This document shows positions 19,013 through 30,578 of a stretch of 64,000 bases of DNA, in pieces. This DNA is from an uncultured Chloroflexota bacterium. GTDB taxonomy: Bacteria; Chloroflexota; Dehalococcoidia; Lucifugimonadales; CAJXCD01. The DNA is taken from contig CAJXCD010000001.1 of NCBI GenBank assembly GCA_913051545.1, forward strand, positions 236,863 to 300,862, in the 5' to 3' direction. Every line of letters begins with the position of its first letter. Positions within the stretch are counted from its first letter, which is position 1. The position numbers were made by a program, and so were the translations under genes. The notes below the pieces were generated by a model. The model made no database searches. It was not told the DNA's origin and saw only the letters and a list, made by a program, of their open reading frames with translations.

Positions 19013-20671
19013 ATGCCTGAAATACCTATTAGAATTATCCCCTTAGGGGGCTTGGGTGAGATTGGCAAAAATATGATGGCCCTGGAGTATGGGGATGAGA
19101 TTATTGTCGTGGATGCGGGTGTCCAGTTTCCAGAAGAAGAGATGCCAGAGATAGATTTTGTGATTCCAGACATCACTTATCTCCTAGAGCATTCGGATAA
19201 CGTGAAGGCGATTTTGATCACACACGGTCACGAAGATCATATAGGAGCTCTTCCATATGTACTGAAGCAGCTTAATGTACCGGTATATTCATCTCGATTG
19301 GCTCACGGTCTGATATCTGTAAAACTTAGAGAGCATGGTTTGATTGGTAACTCAAGATTAAACGTAGTGGAGCCTAATGCGCCATTCAAAATAGGAAAAT
19401 TTTTAATAGAATTTTTCAGGGTATGTCATTCTATACCAGATGCAATGGGTATAGGTATAACAACTCCCCTCGGTGCGATAATCCATACTGGGGATTTTAA
19501 AGTTGACCACACTCCTGTTGATGGCAACAAAACTGACTTTTCAACGCTGTTGAGGTTTGCTTCCGAAGGAGTTTTACTACTCTGTTCAGATTCAACTTAT
19601 TCAGAAGTTGATGGATACACTCCGTCGGAGCAAATTGTGGGGGAAGAGATTGAAAGAGTTATGTCTGATGCAGAGGGGCGAGTTATGGTGGCAACCTTTG
19701 CTTCTCTTATATCGCGAATGCAACAAGTTATAGATGCCGCTGTTAAACATGACAGGAAAGTAACAGTCATAGGTCGAAGTATGGTTAATAACTTGAAGAT
19801 GGCTACTAAGATGGGATATTTACGAGTGCCTGAAGGAACTATTATCCCCATGAATGTTGCTAGGGAATTGCCTAACAGGGAAGTAGTCGTGTTGGCTACT
19901 GGTGCTCAGGGTGAGCCAACTTCTGCACTAGTGCGCATTTCTAATGGAACTCACAAAGATATCCAAATCGTACCTGGGGACACAGTAATTGTTTCCTCTT
20001 CTCCAATTCCTGGGAATGAGACACTCGTTTCTCGAACCATTGATAATTTATACAGGCAAGGGGCACAGGTTTTATACAGTCGAATTGCGACAGTACATGT
20101 ACATGGTCATGCTAGCAGAGAAGAACTGAAGTTGATGCTGAGTATGGTTAAGCCAAGGAATTTCTTGCCCGTGCACGGAGAGTATCGTCATCTTGTTGCT
20201 CATGCCGATATAGCAGTTTCTATGGGACTATCTGAAAATAATGTATATGTCTTAGAAGATGGTGATGTTCTGGAGTTGACATCAGACAAAGGATCAGTTG
20301 TCGAGTCTATTCCAATTGAACCAATTTTTGTAGATGGTAAACACATGTGGAATTTTCAGGCTGAAACATTCCACGATCGTAATAAACTTGCACGAAATGG
20401 CGTGGTTGTAGTTTCTGTTTCATTGGCCGAGAAAAGTAGGGAATTGTTAGGCAAAACAGGAATAAAATCATTTGGGTATTTAGGAGATGAAAATAAAGAA
20501 AATCTATTTCAAATAACTTCAGAAAAGGTCCATTTAGCCCTAGAGGGCAAGCTAATAGATGGAATAAAATTAAATGAGGTTGATCAACTTGTCAGCAGTA
20601 TAGTGTCGGATCATCTCTATAGAGAGATAGGCAAGCGACCAATAGTGATAGTAAATACCGCGATTTTATAG
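19013..20671 (+). CDS. rnj: Ribonuclease J
   Basis: IPLGGLGEIGKNM N-terminus, metallo-beta-lactamase HGHEDHIG, beta-CASP region. ATG 19013 preferred over TTG 19001. Confidence 0.9.
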   Translation: MPEIPIRIIPLGGLGEIGKNMMALEYGDEIIVVDAGVQFPEEEMPEIDFVIPDITYLLEHSDNVKAILITHGHEDHIGALPYVLKQLNVPVYSSRLAHGLISVKLREHGLIGNSRLNVVEPNAPFKIGKFLIEFFRVCHSIPDAMGIGITTPLGAIIHTGDFKVDHTPVDGNKTDFSTLLRFASEGVLLLCSDSTYSEVDGYTPSEQIVGEEIERVMSDAEGRVMVATFASLISRMQQVIDAAVKHDRKVTVIGRSMVNNLKMATKMGYLRVPEGTIIPMNVARELPNREVVVLATGAQGEPTSALVRISNGTHKDIQIVPGDTVIVSSSPIPGNETLVSRTIDNLYRQGAQVLYSRIATVHVHGHASREELKLMLSMVKPRNFLPVHGEYRHLVAHADIAVSMGLSENNVYVLEDGDVLELTSDKGSVVESIPIEPIFVDGKHMWNFQAETFHDRNKLARNGVVVVSVSLAEKSRELLGKTGIKSFGYLGDENKENLFQITSEKVHLALEGKLIDGIKLNEVDQLVSSIVSDHLYREIGKRPIVIVNTAIL

Positions 20672-20886
20672 AAGAGTGCAATTCATAGTCTAGGCCTTCT
20701 GTTTTATCTTGGAGATATGATTCTGAAGTTGTAACCTAAATTAACCGATTTTTTATTAGAAAAAAAACGAATAAATATAAAATAAGTATGGTTTATATAA
20801 TAAATTACGTGTGCTGGTTATGTATTGATTCAATTTTAGGCATATTACAAAAATGAGAACCAACAACAAGGGTAGGCGTATTACAA

Positions 20887-23445
20887 ATGTTGAATGTTTT
20901 AGTTAAAAGGAAATATCAGCCGATTAGTTCTAAAGTTTTGTTGTATTTGGTAATTAGCGCTATCTTGGCGATTAGCATCACTGTTTATGTGTTTAGGGCG
21001 GAAATATTGGATGTATATTCGGCAGTTGAGCATTCGGTTCTGTCATCTAGTGGCTTTGGTGTAATAGTTATTTTATTGTGGTTGGGTGTGTTCCTGTGGT
21101 CCATGTTGAAAAATAGATCTCTATTCTCTAGGTATAACTGGTGGATTGGTTCTTTGTTTGCCATGATATTCATTTTTGGTTTCTTGGCATGGTTCAATCC
21201 ATACGATGGATGGTTCGCGTATTTCACATCAAATGGGGATAATTCCCTTGGTGGCTCTGTGGGTGATTCAATTTTAGAATACAAAGGTCCTTATGGAGTT
21301 CTCCGTCTCTTTGCAATTCTGTTTTTGGCTATGACAATAATTGTGCCTAGGCATATTAGATATGGAGCCGTGTGGCTGGGCAAGGCAATTATTTTTATGT
21401 ACGTACTATCATTTACAGGTCTGAAGATAGGGTTTTCTGCGCTCGAGCGTAATATTGTTCGGTTAGACACCAAGGACAAATTGTCCTCAGTCTCTATGGG
21501 TAGTGCAGATGTAGAGAATGAGGAAGCCTTGTGCCACACTCAGTTGGACGGACAGGCAGTTTCAGACTCAATGTCTATCACCTTTCCAATAGAAGATGAA
21601 AGCAGATTAAGGTCTGATTTATTTGAAAGTGTTCCAGGGTCAACCATTAATCAGAATGGTGTTGAGGAAGACGACCAAGTGATTAGTGGACAGATCCAAA
21701 ATTATGAAGAAGGTGGGTTGAACTTAGAACAAGAAGCGATCAAATGGACAGAGCCGTCTCCAAGAAGTTTTTTTGAGAATGGATCTGATATTGTCGAAGT
21801 TCCGGCTCTTAATCGTAAGTCAAATAAATTCTGGGATAGTTCGGATGCTATAGAGGGGATATCAACTAGGTCAAATATTAATGAAGACGGTTTTTTGCCA
21901 AGCGAATCTACAACTCAAAATACAGATGAATTGCATGGATCGTGGGGGAAACCACCATCTGATTTGCTGGTTCATACGGTAGAGGGAGGTATATCGCAGG
22001 ATCAAATTGATGACACAGCACAAAAAATTAAGAATACTCTTGCTGATTACGGTGTAGAAGTAGAATTAGGCCGTGTACGTCCAGGGCCGACAGTGACTAT
22101 GTATGGCTTAGTTCCGGGTTGGGTTCGTCGCCAAAAGAGAGTAAGGGTACTCGACGAGAATGGTGATGTTAAAAAAGATGCGGCCGGAAAGATTGTATAT
22201 AAAAATAAAGAAACAAAAGTGCGCGTGAAAGTAGACAGCATAACTTCTAGAGAAAAAGATCTTGCCTTGGCAATGAAGACTCCGAGTCTTAGAATCGAAA
22301 CCCCGGCGATGGGTGAAGCATTGGTAGGTATTGAAGTTCCTAATCCAAGTGCTAATGTGGTCTCTTTAGGCGGCGTTATGGAAAGTGATGAATTTGAAGG
22401 TTTACGTGACCATGCAAAATTGCCCATAGCTTTGGGGAAAGGTAGTGGAGGAGAGACAGTAGTTCTTGATTTAGCCCAAATGCCTCACTTGCTAGTCGCA
22501 GGTGCTACGGGGAGTGGGAAGAGTGTTTGTCTAAACACGATTGTATCTTGCTTGCTAATGGAAAAATCTCCAGAGGAAATGCGGCTATTGCTGGTAGACC
22601 CGAAGCGAGTAGAGCTCACCCCATACAATGGAATACCACATTTACTCACTCCAGTGGTTGTTGAAACTGACCAAGTCGTTGCCCTATTAAAGGGTATGAT
22701 ACGTGAGATGTTGAATAGGTATAGGAGATTTGAAGAAGTTGGTGCAAGAAACATCGATGGGTTCAATGTCAAAATGGCTGAAAAAATGCCCTATTTGGTA
22801 GTAGTTATTGATGAGCTTGCGGATCTAATGATGTCAGCTTCTTTTGATGTTGAACAATCCCTATGTCGTCTAGCGCAGTTAGGTAGGGCCACAGGTATAC
22901 ATCTTGTGGTAGCAACTCAACGTCCTTCTGTTGATGTTGTCACAGGCCTTATAAAAGCTAATTTCCCAAGCCGTGTGAGTTTCGGCGTTACGTCACAAAT
23001 AGATTCACGAACTATTTTGGATACTGCCGGTGCAGAGAAGCTCCTTGGGAAAGGGGATATGTTGTACTTGCCTTCAGATGGAGCGAGGCCTGAAAGAGTT
23101 CAGGGCGTTTTTATATCTGATACGGAGACAGATAGTTTAGTTCGGTGGTGGCACGGTATCTCTTGGGGTTTTATCCCAGAAGTTTCGCTACGTGCTGTAC
23201 CTGGGGAAGAAGACAGAGACGGCGTATCTGAGGACGACAGCTTGTTGGAAGATCGAGATTCTATGCTGGAGTCGGCTATAGAATTAGCTCAGAGACATAG
23301 CAAAATGTCCACATCCCTACTTCAACGACGTCTTAGAATAGGTTACCCGCGTGCAGCGCGCCTAATGGACGAATTGGAAGATAGAGGTATAGTAGGTCCC
23401 AGTGATGGTTCTAAATCGAGGGAAGTTATAGCAAGTACGGATTAA
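20887..23445 (+). CDS. ftsK: DNA translocase FtsK/SpoIIIE
   Basis: N-terminal TM segments, acidic linker, motor domain with Walker A GATGSGKSV and Walker B VVVIDELADL. C-terminal gamma winged helix LLQRRLRIGYPRAARLMDELEDRGIVGP. Confidence 0.9.
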   Translation: MLNVLVKRKYQPISSKVLLYLVISAILAISITVYVFRAEILDVYSAVEHSVLSSSGFGVIVILLWLGVFLWSMLKNRSLFSRYNWWIGSLFAMIFIFGFLAWFNPYDGWFAYFTSNGDNSLGGSVGDSILEYKGPYGVLRLFAILFLAMTIIVPRHIRYGAVWLGKAIIFMYVLSFTGLKIGFSALERNIVRLDTKDKLSSVSMGSADVENEEALCHTQLDGQAVSDSMSITFPIEDESRLRSDLFESVPGSTINQNGVEEDDQVISGQIQNYEEGGLNLEQEAIKWTEPSPRSFFENGSDIVEVPALNRKSNKFWDSSDAIEGISTRSNINEDGFLPSESTTQNTDELHGSWGKPPSDLLVHTVEGGISQDQIDDTAQKIKNTLADYGVEVELGRVRPGPTVTMYGLVPGWVRRQKRVRVLDENGDVKKDAAGKIVYKNKETKVRVKVDSITSREKDLALAMKTPSLRIETPAMGEALVGIEVPNPSANVVSLGGVMESDEFEGLRDHAKLPIALGKGSGGETVVLDLAQMPHLLVAGATGSGKSVCLNTIVSCLLMEKSPEEMRLLLVDPKRVELTPYNGIPHLLTPVVVETDQVVALLKGMIREMLNRYRRFEEVGARNIDGFNVKMAEKMPYLVVVIDELADLMMSASFDVEQSLCRLAQLGRATGIHLVVATQRPSVDVVTGLIKANFPSRVSFGVTSQIDSRTILDTAGAEKLLGKGDMLYLPSDGARPERVQGVFISDTETDSLVRWWHGISWGFIPEVSLRAVPGEEDRDGVSEDDSLLEDRDSMLESAIELAQRHSKMSTSLLQRRLRIGYPRAARLMDELEDRGIVGPSDGSKSREVIASTD

Positions 23446-23454
23446 GGCAGTTGG

Positions 23455-24054
23455 TTAATGTAATTGGGTTTTTGATTTCTCGAAGTCAAGGATTTTGTCT
23501 TCGTACTGGAGTGTTAGGTCTATATCATCTAGGCCGTTCACCAGTTTGTATTTAGAGAATTCATCAATATCGAACTCAGCCTCGATTTTCTTATCCTGAT
23601 CCCATACTCGTTGAGTTTGGAGATTAACAGTTAGTTCATAGCCTTTACCATTTAAGGCATTATTGATTATATGGCGTACGGTACGTTCGTTCAATTGAAT
23701 GAGCAGGATGCCGTTTTGTAGACAATTATTAGTGAATATATCAGCAAAACTAGGTGCAATTACACATCGGAATCCATAGTCTAGCAGTGCCCAAGGAGCA
23801 TGTTCTCTGGAGGATCCAGAACCAAAATTCCTTCCGGATACTAGGATGGAAGAACCTAGATAACGAGGCTGATTTAACTCGAAATCAAGATTTGTTGATC
23901 CATCTTCTTCAAATCGCCATTTATGGAACAAAAATTGTCCAAAACCAGTACGTTCCACGCGTTTTAAGAATTGAGCTGGAATAATCTGATCGGTATCTAC
24001 ATCTACTCGGTCTAGCGGTGCTACGATGCTATTGAGTGTTGTGAATGGTTTCAT
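23455..24054 (-). CDS. leuD: 3-isopropylmalate dehydratase small subunit
   Basis: LeuD motifs [20 protein letters not shown] 24054 forms an ATGA overlap with the leuC stop; the track start GTG 24066 is an alternative. Confidence 0.9.
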   Translation of the reverse strand: MKPFTTLNSIVAPLDRVDVDTDQIIPAQFLKRVERTGFGQFLFHKWRFEEDGSTNLDFELNQPRYLGSSILVSGRNFGSGSSREHAPWALLDYGFRCVIAPSFADIFTNNCLQNGILLIQLNERTVRHIINNALNGKGYELTVNLQTQRVWDQDKKIEAEFDIDEFSKYKLVNGLDDIDLTLQYEDKILDFEKSKTQLH

Positions 24055-25502
24055 GATAATTCCCACTCTCTGATGTCAACGAATTGACCTGCAATTGCCG
24101 CAGCTGTGGCCATCTCGGGACTGACAAGGTGGGTTCTTCCTCCACGACCTTGACGACCTTCAAAATTCCGATTTGATGTAGATGCACACCTCTCCCCAGG
24201 CGATAGGACGTCAGGGTTCATGCCAAGACACATTGAACATCCAGCTTCGCGCCAATCAAAACCAGCGTCTTTAAAGATGCTATCCAAACCCTCGCTCTCT
24301 GCTTGGAGTTTGACTGCAGTGGATCCTGGAACCACCATGGCATACACATGGTCGTTAACCTTGTGCCCTTTAGCAATTGTTGCAGCGGCTCTGAGATCAT
24401 CTAGGCGGGCATTAGTGCAGGAGCCTATGAATACACGATCTAATTTGATATTTTGGATTGATGTGCCAGGTTCTAAGTCCATATACTCTAGGGCGCTCTC
24501 TGCAGCCTTACGGTTATCTTTAGAATCAATGAGGTTGGGATCTGGAACAAGTCCTGTGACTGGCATCACCATACTTGGATTTGTACCCCATGAAATCATA
24601 GGCTCAATTGATGTAGCGTCGATGGTTACAAGGTTATCGAACTCTGATCCTTCATCTGTTTTAAGTGCGGACCATTCTTCAACAGCTTTTTCAAATTCTT
24701 CACCTTGTGGTGCCTGAGGCCGCCCGCGTAGGTAATCGAATGTTGTTTCATCTGGCGCGACCATACCTGCACGGCCTCCGCCTTCGATGGTCATATTGCA
24801 TACGGTCATCCTACCATCCATGGACATCGACTGAATCGCTTCACCGGTGTATTCGATGACATGCCCTTGGCCTCCTCCAACACCAATTTCACCAATAATT
24901 CCAAGAATTAGGTCTTTAGCTGTCACGCCAAAAGGTAAAGCACCGTCAATTCGTATTTCCATGGTTTTAGGTATGTTTTGACGGACAGTTTGGGTAGCCA
25001 GTACATGTTCTACTTCAGAGGTGCCAATTCCAAATGCGAAAGCACCGAAGGCGCCGTGGGTGGAAGTGTGACTATCACCACAAACTATTACTTTGCCGGG
25101 TTGGGTCCATCCTTGCTCAGGGCCGATAATGTGCACGATTCCTTGTTTCGGACTTCCCATATCATATAGATTAATTCCAAATTCCTGGCAGTTATTCGAG
25201 AGTGCTTCAAGTTGTTGACGTGCTATAGGGTCGGTGACAGGCATAAATGCTCTGCCAATATTTGTAGGAGTGTTGTGGTCAGCCGTCGCAATTGTGAGAT
25301 CTGGGCGTCTGACTAAACGACCAGCTTCGCGCAGGCCATCGAATGCCTGCGGTGTGGTCACTTCGTGTATTAGATGAAGATCGACATACAGTATAGATGG
25401 TTGATCCACTTCTTCGTGAACAACATGGGAGTTCCAAATCTTTTCAAACATAGTTTTTGGAGGCATATTATCCGTTTCCGCACAACGATTTGTAACTGAC
25501 AA
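24051..25502 (-). CDS. leuC: 3-isopropylmalate dehydratase large subunit
   Basis: Aconitase-family motifs: [31 protein letters not shown]. The real start is probably ATG 25466 ([11 protein letters not shown]). Confidence 0.9.
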   Translation of the reverse strand: MSVTNRCAETDNMPPKTMFEKIWNSHVVHEEVDQPSILYVDLHLIHEVTTPQAFDGLREAGRLVRRPDLTIATADHNTPTNIGRAFMPVTDPIARQQLEALSNNCQEFGINLYDMGSPKQGIVHIIGPEQGWTQPGKVIVCGDSHTSTHGAFGAFAFGIGTSEVEHVLATQTVRQNIPKTMEIRIDGALPFGVTAKDLILGIIGEIGVGGGQGHVIEYTGEAIQSMSMDGRMTVCNMTIEGGGRAGMVAPDETTFDYLRGRPQAPQGEEFEKAVEEWSALKTDEGSEFDNLVTIDATSIEPMISWGTNPSMVMPVTGLVPDPNLIDSKDNRKAAESALEYMDLEPGTSIQNIKLDRVFIGSCTNARLDDLRAAATIAKGHKVNDHVYAMVVPGSTAVKLQAESEGLDSIFKDAGFDWREAGCSMCLGMNPDVLSPGERCASTSNRNFEGRQGRGGRTHLVSPEMATAAAIAGQFVDIREWELS

Positions 25503-25545
25503 GGACGCTTAATGGTAAGTTAGTAAGAATGGATCTGGGTACACT

Positions 25546-27096
25546 TCAGGAATGAGAAGAGCGAACCTCTTCCATTGTAAGTAGTCGATTAAGGGAATTC
25601 ATGTATGCCTTTGCACTTGCAACAATAATGTCAGTATCGGTACCACGGCCTACATATGTTTCCCCCTTTCTCTCAATTCTTATTGTAACGTCTCCAATTG
25701 CATCAATGCCTTCAGTGACAGCATTGACACGGAATTCAGTTAGAACATTTGAGACTTCGACTATACGGTTGATGGCTTCATATACTGCATCTACAGGGCC
25801 AGTGCCAGTGGCAGCGTCAGTGACCGATTTCCCGTCTGGCCCTTTGAGCTTGACTGTCGCTGTAGGAATTTCGTGATCTCCGCATGATACCTGTATATGT
25901 TCCAACTTGTAGCGTTCACGACCTGGTTCGATTCTTCTTTGATTACCCATTAGTGCATCCAGATCTGCGTCAGTTACTTCCCTCTTGCGATCTGCAAGAT
26001 CCTTGAATGCTTCGAAGGCAGAATCTAGTTGGTCTTGGCTTATTTCATATCCTAGATCCTCTAATCGTGATCGGAGTCCAGCTCTACCACTCAATTTCCC
26101 TAAAACTAAAGATGTGTTTTTCCACCCGACAGATTGAGGATCCATTATTTCAAAGGTTGTTCGTTCCTTCAATATCCCGTCTTGGTGAATTCCGGAGGCA
26201 TGGCGGAATGCATTTGCTCCAACAATGGCTTTATTTGGTTGCACAGGGAATCCCGTAATATCACTGACTAGTCTGCTGGTTCTGTATATTTGAGTAGTAT
26301 CAATGTTAGTACTTAGGCCTAGTGTGTCCTTCCGTGTTTCAATTGCCATTATTATTTCTTCGAGGGCCGCATTGCCGGCACGTTCTCCTAGGCCATTTAT
26401 ACACCCTTCTACCTGTCTAGCTCCAGCTTGTACAGCGGCTAGGCTATTAGCAGACGCGTTACCTAAATCATTATGACAGTGGACGCTAACTACAGCCTGG
26501 TCTATGTTAGGTACGTTTGCTCGGATATCTTGAATCCGTCGTGAAAATTCTGATGGCAAAGCATATCCTACGGTATCAGGAATATTTACAGTGGTTGCAC
26601 CTGCATAAATGGAAGCCTCTACAAGCTTGTAGAGGTAATCTATATCTGTACGTGTTGCATCCATTGGTGAAAATTCCACATCTTCACAATACCCTTTGGC
26701 TTTTTCTACAGCCGCCACCGCCATGTCGAGGACTTCTTCAGGATTCTTGCGAAGTTGGTGAAGTATTTGTACGTCAGAACTAGAGATGAACACGTGTATT
26801 CTGGGATGAGCAGCTTCCCTAAGTGCTTCCCATGCTCTATCTACATCATCTGGCACACAGCGTGCTAGAGAAGCTATTATTGGCTTCTTGACCTGTTTTG
26901 TTATCGCCTGAACAGCTTCATGGTCACCTTCGGAGCTGGCAGCAAAACCTGCTTCAATGATGTCAACTCCGAGTCTTTCTAGTTGTTTAGCTATGTCAAT
27001 TTTTTCTTCTACAGTTAATCCGATTCCGGCAGACTGTTCTCCGTCACGGAGGGTAGTATCAAAAATTAACACTTTGTTGTCACTGCTCTTTTTCAT
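25546..27096 (-). CDS. leuA: 2-isopropylmalate synthase
   Basis: FDTTLRDGEQS, VHCHNDLGNA, and a C-terminal LeuA regulatory domain. Confidence 0.9.
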   Translation of the reverse strand: MKKSSDNKVLIFDTTLRDGEQSAGIGLTVEEKIDIAKQLERLGVDIIEAGFAASSEGDHEAVQAITKQVKKPIIASLARCVPDDVDRAWEALREAAHPRIHVFISSSDVQILHQLRKNPEEVLDMAVAAVEKAKGYCEDVEFSPMDATRTDIDYLYKLVEASIYAGATTVNIPDTVGYALPSEFSRRIQDIRANVPNIDQAVVSVHCHNDLGNASANSLAAVQAGARQVEGCINGLGERAGNAALEEIIMAIETRKDTLGLSTNIDTTQIYRTSRLVSDITGFPVQPNKAIVGANAFRHASGIHQDGILKERTTFEIMDPQSVGWKNTSLVLGKLSGRAGLRSRLEDLGYEISQDQLDSAFEAFKDLADRKREVTDADLDALMGNQRRIEPGRERYKLEHIQVSCGDHEIPTATVKLKGPDGKSVTDAATGTGPVDAVYEAINRIVEVSNVLTEFRVNAVTEGIDAIGDVTIRIERKGETYVGRGTDTDIIVASAKAYMNSLNRLLTMEEVRSSHS

Positions 27097-27166
27097 TTAA
27101 TGTCCTCCTGGAAGAGCGCGTTGGCAAAGTTTAAATAATGGCTTTGCATATTAAGGTTTTACCCGA

Positions 27167-28165
27167 TCAATCTGTATCTTTGAGGAAGGACATCATATCT
27201 CGAAGTTCCTTGCCAACCGATTCTATTGGGTGCTCCGCATTCTCTTTCCGAAGTTTGTTGAATCTATGACGACCTTCGTCATTCTCGGAGATCCATTCTC
27301 GAGCAAAAGTTCCATCTTGGATACGATCTAGGACCGCTTTCATATTTTCTTTAACATGGTCATCTATTACGGCTGGACCACGAGAGTAATCGCCATATTC
27401 TGCCGTGTCGCTTACGGAATACCGCATGTATTCCATACCGCCTTGGTAAAGTAAGTCTACAATTAGTTTAAGTTCGTGCATGCATTCAAAATAGGCAGAT
27501 TCGGGTTGGTAACCGGCTTCCACTAGCGTATCAAATCCTGCCTTTATCAAAGCAGTTACGCCTCCGCATAGTATTGTTTGTTCTCCAAATAGATCTGTCT
27601 CGGTTTCTTCCTTAAATGTTGTGTCTAGAACGCCGGCCCTGGTGCACCCTACTCCGCGAGCGTAGGCTAGGCCTATACCCCTGGCTTGTCCGGATGGATC
27701 CTGGTGTATAGCAAGTAGCCCTGGTACACCAGATCCCTTCTTAAAAACTTCGCGCATTCTGTGTCCTGGTGCTTTGGGAGCTACCATTGAAACATTGACT
27801 GATTCAGGAGGCAAAATTGTTTGGTAGTGTATGTTAAATCCATGTGCGAACATGAGGGTGTCGCCAGGATTTAGGTGCGGTTCTACCGATTTCGTATATT
27901 CCGTAGACATGGCATGATCTGGCAGAAGCATCATTATTATGTCGGACTCTTTTGCGACATCGGCAACAAAACCGACGTTTAGGCCATCAGCCTTAGCTTT
28001 TTCTATACTTTTACTCCCCTGGTAAAGTCCCACCTTGACTTTTAGTCCACTATCTTTCAGGTTTAGTGCGTGCGCATGACCTTGGCTACCGTAACCAATG
28101 ATGCCGATCAATTTTTCGTCAAGAAACGAAAGGTCTGCGTCTTCCTCATAATACATTTTTGTCAT
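27167..28165 (-). CDS. ilvC: Ketol-acid reductoisomerase
   Basis: [16 protein letters not shown] Rossmann motif, 332 aa (class I KARI). Confidence 0.9.
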   Translation of the reverse strand: MTKMYYEEDADLSFLDEKLIGIIGYGSQGHAHALNLKDSGLKVKVGLYQGSKSIEKAKADGLNVGFVADVAKESDIIMMLLPDHAMSTEYTKSVEPHLNPGDTLMFAHGFNIHYQTILPPESVNVSMVAPKAPGHRMREVFKKGSGVPGLLAIHQDPSGQARGIGLAYARGVGCTRAGVLDTTFKEETETDLFGEQTILCGGVTALIKAGFDTLVEAGYQPESAYFECMHELKLIVDLLYQGGMEYMRYSVSDTAEYGDYSRGPAVIDDHVKENMKAVLDRIQDGTFAREWISENDEGRHRFNKLRKENAEHPIESVGKELRDMMSFLKDTD

Positions 28166-28251
28166 TGTCTTATTACCTTGTTTCCCTTGTGATAATCAGT
28201 AGATTTTATCTTCTTGAATTTGGAAAGAACAATCGAATTAGAATAAGCTGT

Positions 28252-28821
28252 TTACACAGAAGCAGCCTCTCCCCAGTTTCGATGTTTTGATTTACGCGAC
28301 TCTTTCTTAGCAGCTTCCAAACCGCGGTTTAGTGCTATAGTTCCTGTCCTCATGACTTCTACTACACCGAATTCCTTCAATAGTTCGTGGAGTGAATCGA
28401 TTTTGTCTTCATCCCCCACCACCTCCACAATCAAAGAATCAGGAGCAACGTCGATTATGTTTGCCCTGAAGAGGCCAACCACTTGCATCACTTCGGCGCG
28501 GGTCTGTATATTCACTTTGACTCTTATGAGTGCCAGTTCTCTAGATACTATATTCTGGTCTGAAATATCAGAGACTTTTATGACGTCGATAAGTTTGTGT
28601 AGATGTTTTGTCACTTGTTCTACTGTACGATCGTCTCCGTCAACCACAAAGGTCATTCTTGACAGATCCGACTCTTCACTCTTGCCGACAGCAAGACTTT
28701 CTATGTTAAAGCCTCGTCTGCGAAACATGCTGGCTACGCGATTCAGTACACCGGGTTTGTCTTGGACGAGCGCGGTGATAGTTCTCTTCGAAGCTGTATC
28801 TGGGATTTTTGAGTTCATCAA
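28252..28821 (-). CDS. ilvN: Acetolactate synthase small (regulatory) subunit
   Basis: ACT domain TITALVQDKPGVLNRVASMFRRRGFNIESL. 4-nt overlap with ilvB. Confidence 0.9.
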   Translation of the reverse strand: MMNSKIPDTASKRTITALVQDKPGVLNRVASMFRRRGFNIESLAVGKSEESDLSRMTFVVDGDDRTVEQVTKHLHKLIDVIKVSDISDQNIVSRELALIRVKVNIQTRAEVMQVVGLFRANIIDVAPDSLIVEVVGDEDKIDSLHELLKEFGVVEVMRTGTIALNRGLEAAKKESRKSKHRNWGEAASV

Positions 28822-30509
28822 CGGACCTTTTCTGGTTGGTTTTCTTCAATCATGTCTTGGACAGTTTGGCCAGCCGGTATCATAGGGAATACATTCTCTT
28901 CCTCTTCAACCATGAAATCAATTAAGGCTGGGCCTTCATAAGAAATTGCTTCCTCTATTGCTGATCTCACTTGAGTTTTGTCAGATACCCTTAAGCCCAA
29001 CATGCCGAATGCTTCAGCAAGTTTAACGAAATCCGGGTTGTTGGTGTACATAGTAGCTACATAGTCTTTATCATAGAAGAATTCTTGCCATTGCCTTACC
29101 ATTCCTAGGCATTGGTTGTTAATAATAGCGAACTTCACTGGAATTTTGTTTTCTACAAGTGTGGCAAGCTCAGCCATAGTCATTTGGAATCCCCCATCAC
29201 CAGCGATTGACCAGACTACTCGTCCTGGATCTGCTACCTGAGCACCCATAGCTCCCGGCACTTCATAACCCATTGCCCCTGACCCTCCTGAGGTCACAAA
29301 ACTCCTCGGTTCGGTGTAGACATAATGCTGAGCAGCCCACATTTGATGCTGGCCAACCCCTGTTACGACTATCGCCTTCCCTTCAGTAGCTTCAGAAATT
29401 TGGTTAATGATGTACTGCGGAAGCAGTTTTTCAGTTGCTCTAATGTTCATGGAAGGGTGATCGCGTTTCAACTCTTCTATATGTTGAATCCACTCTACAT
29501 GAGTGTTTGGGTCCACTTCCAAATTCAACTTTGCCAAGACTCTTTTTAGGTCTCCAACTATTGGTACGTCAACCTTGATATTTTTTCCTATTTCTGACGG
29601 ATCTATGTCTACATGAATCTTTTTTGAATTAACAGAAAATGCACTTGGTTTGCCTGTAATTCTGTCGTCAAAACGCATTCCGAGAGCAATAAGCAAGTCT
29701 GCTTCTTCTATCGCTAGGCTTGCGTAAGCCATACCGTGCATGCCTGGCATGCCTACAGACAGAACGTGATCTTCAGGGAAAGAGCTTATCCCTAGAAGCG
29801 TAGTAATTACAGGTATTTGAGCTTTTTCCGCAAGCTCTCGAATCTCATCATATGCATTTGAGAATATTGCACCGTGACCGGCAAGTATTACTGGTCTCTG
29901 GGATTCTTTTATTAATTTTGCGGCACGCTTAATTTGTGCACCATTCCCTTCAAGAGTGGGTTTGTAGCCTGGCAAATCTATCTCGCTGGGATATTTAAAC
30001 TCTGCGATTTCTGTTTGAACATCTTTCGGTATGTCGATCAATACAGGGCCAGGTCTTCCTGTGTTGGCTATGTAGAAAGCTTCTTTAATTATTTGGGGTA
30101 TTTCTGAGGCGCTCATAACAAGATAGTTATGCTTCGTGACAGGAAGAGTAATCCCAGTTGTGTCAGTTTCTTGAAATGCATCGCTGCCAATAGATGCCCT
30201 GCTGACTTGGCCTACAATTACCACTATCGGGATAGAGTCCATTTGGGCGGTTGCTATACCTGTTACCAAATTGGTAGCTCCCGGCCCTGATGTTGCCCAT
30301 GCAACGCCAGGCTTACCGGAAACTCTGGCATATCCGTCTGCCGCGTGGGCTGCACCTTGCTCATGTCTCACTAATATGTGACGCAGTTTAGGATATTCAG
30401 GTAGAGTCTGGTACAGAGGGAGTATCGCTCCTCCAGGCAACCCGAAAATCACATCAACGCCTTCTCTGATAAGGCTCTCGCAAATCATTTGTGAACCATT
30501 TAATTTCAT
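28818..30509 (-). CDS. ilvB: Acetolactate synthase large (catalytic) subunit
   Basis: ThDP enzyme motifs: GLPGGAILP, GPGATNLVTGIA, IAGDGGFQM. Confidence 0.9.
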   Translation of the reverse strand: MKLNGSQMICESLIREGVDVIFGLPGGAILPLYQTLPEYPKLRHILVRHEQGAAHAADGYARVSGKPGVAWATSGPGATNLVTGIATAQMDSIPIVVIVGQVSRASIGSDAFQETDTTGITLPVTKHNYLVMSASEIPQIIKEAFYIANTGRPGPVLIDIPKDVQTEIAEFKYPSEIDLPGYKPTLEGNGAQIKRAAKLIKESQRPVILAGHGAIFSNAYDEIRELAEKAQIPVITTLLGISSFPEDHVLSVGMPGMHGMAYASLAIEEADLLIALGMRFDDRITGKPSAFSVNSKKIHVDIDPSEIGKNIKVDVPIVGDLKRVLAKLNLEVDPNTHVEWIQHIEELKRDHPSMNIRATEKLLPQYIINQISEATEGKAIVVTGVGQHQMWAAQHYVYTEPRSFVTSGGSGAMGYEVPGAMGAQVADPGRVVWSIAGDGGFQMTMAELATLVENKIPVKFAIINNQCLGMVRQWQEFFYDKDYVATMYTNNPDFVKLAEAFGMLGLRVSDKTQVRSAIEEAISYEGPALIDFMVEEEENVFPMIPAGQTVQDMIEENQPEKVR

Positions 30510-30544
30510 TGGCCGAAGGCCTCCCGATTACAATGAATTCTTGG

Positions 30545-30578
30545 AAATAAAAAATCCCGTCTTATAAAGGGACGGGAT
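30545..30578 (-). terminator. Intrinsic terminator of the Leu T-box leader
   Basis: AUCCCGUC / GACGGGAU 8-bp stem followed by UUUUUUAUUU, immediately 3' of the T-box sequence. Confidence 0.75.

Noticed and set aside
28352-28885. Long antisense ORFs inside well-supported genes. Examples: 28352..28885 vs ilvN; 24220..24717 vs leuC; 8079..8579 vs imuB; 58406..58888 and 59762..60235 vs ileS; 39504..39956 vs Ldh_2; 1695..2102 vs MFS; 49645..50058 vs nnr/ubiE; 46442..46732 across the metF-like start; 62945..63220 vs RNase R
   Set aside because: All are fully or largely embedded opposite strongly motif-supported CDS. They have low-complexity or Ser/Thr/Pro/Ile-rich translations and no recognisable motifs, so they are shadow ORFs.
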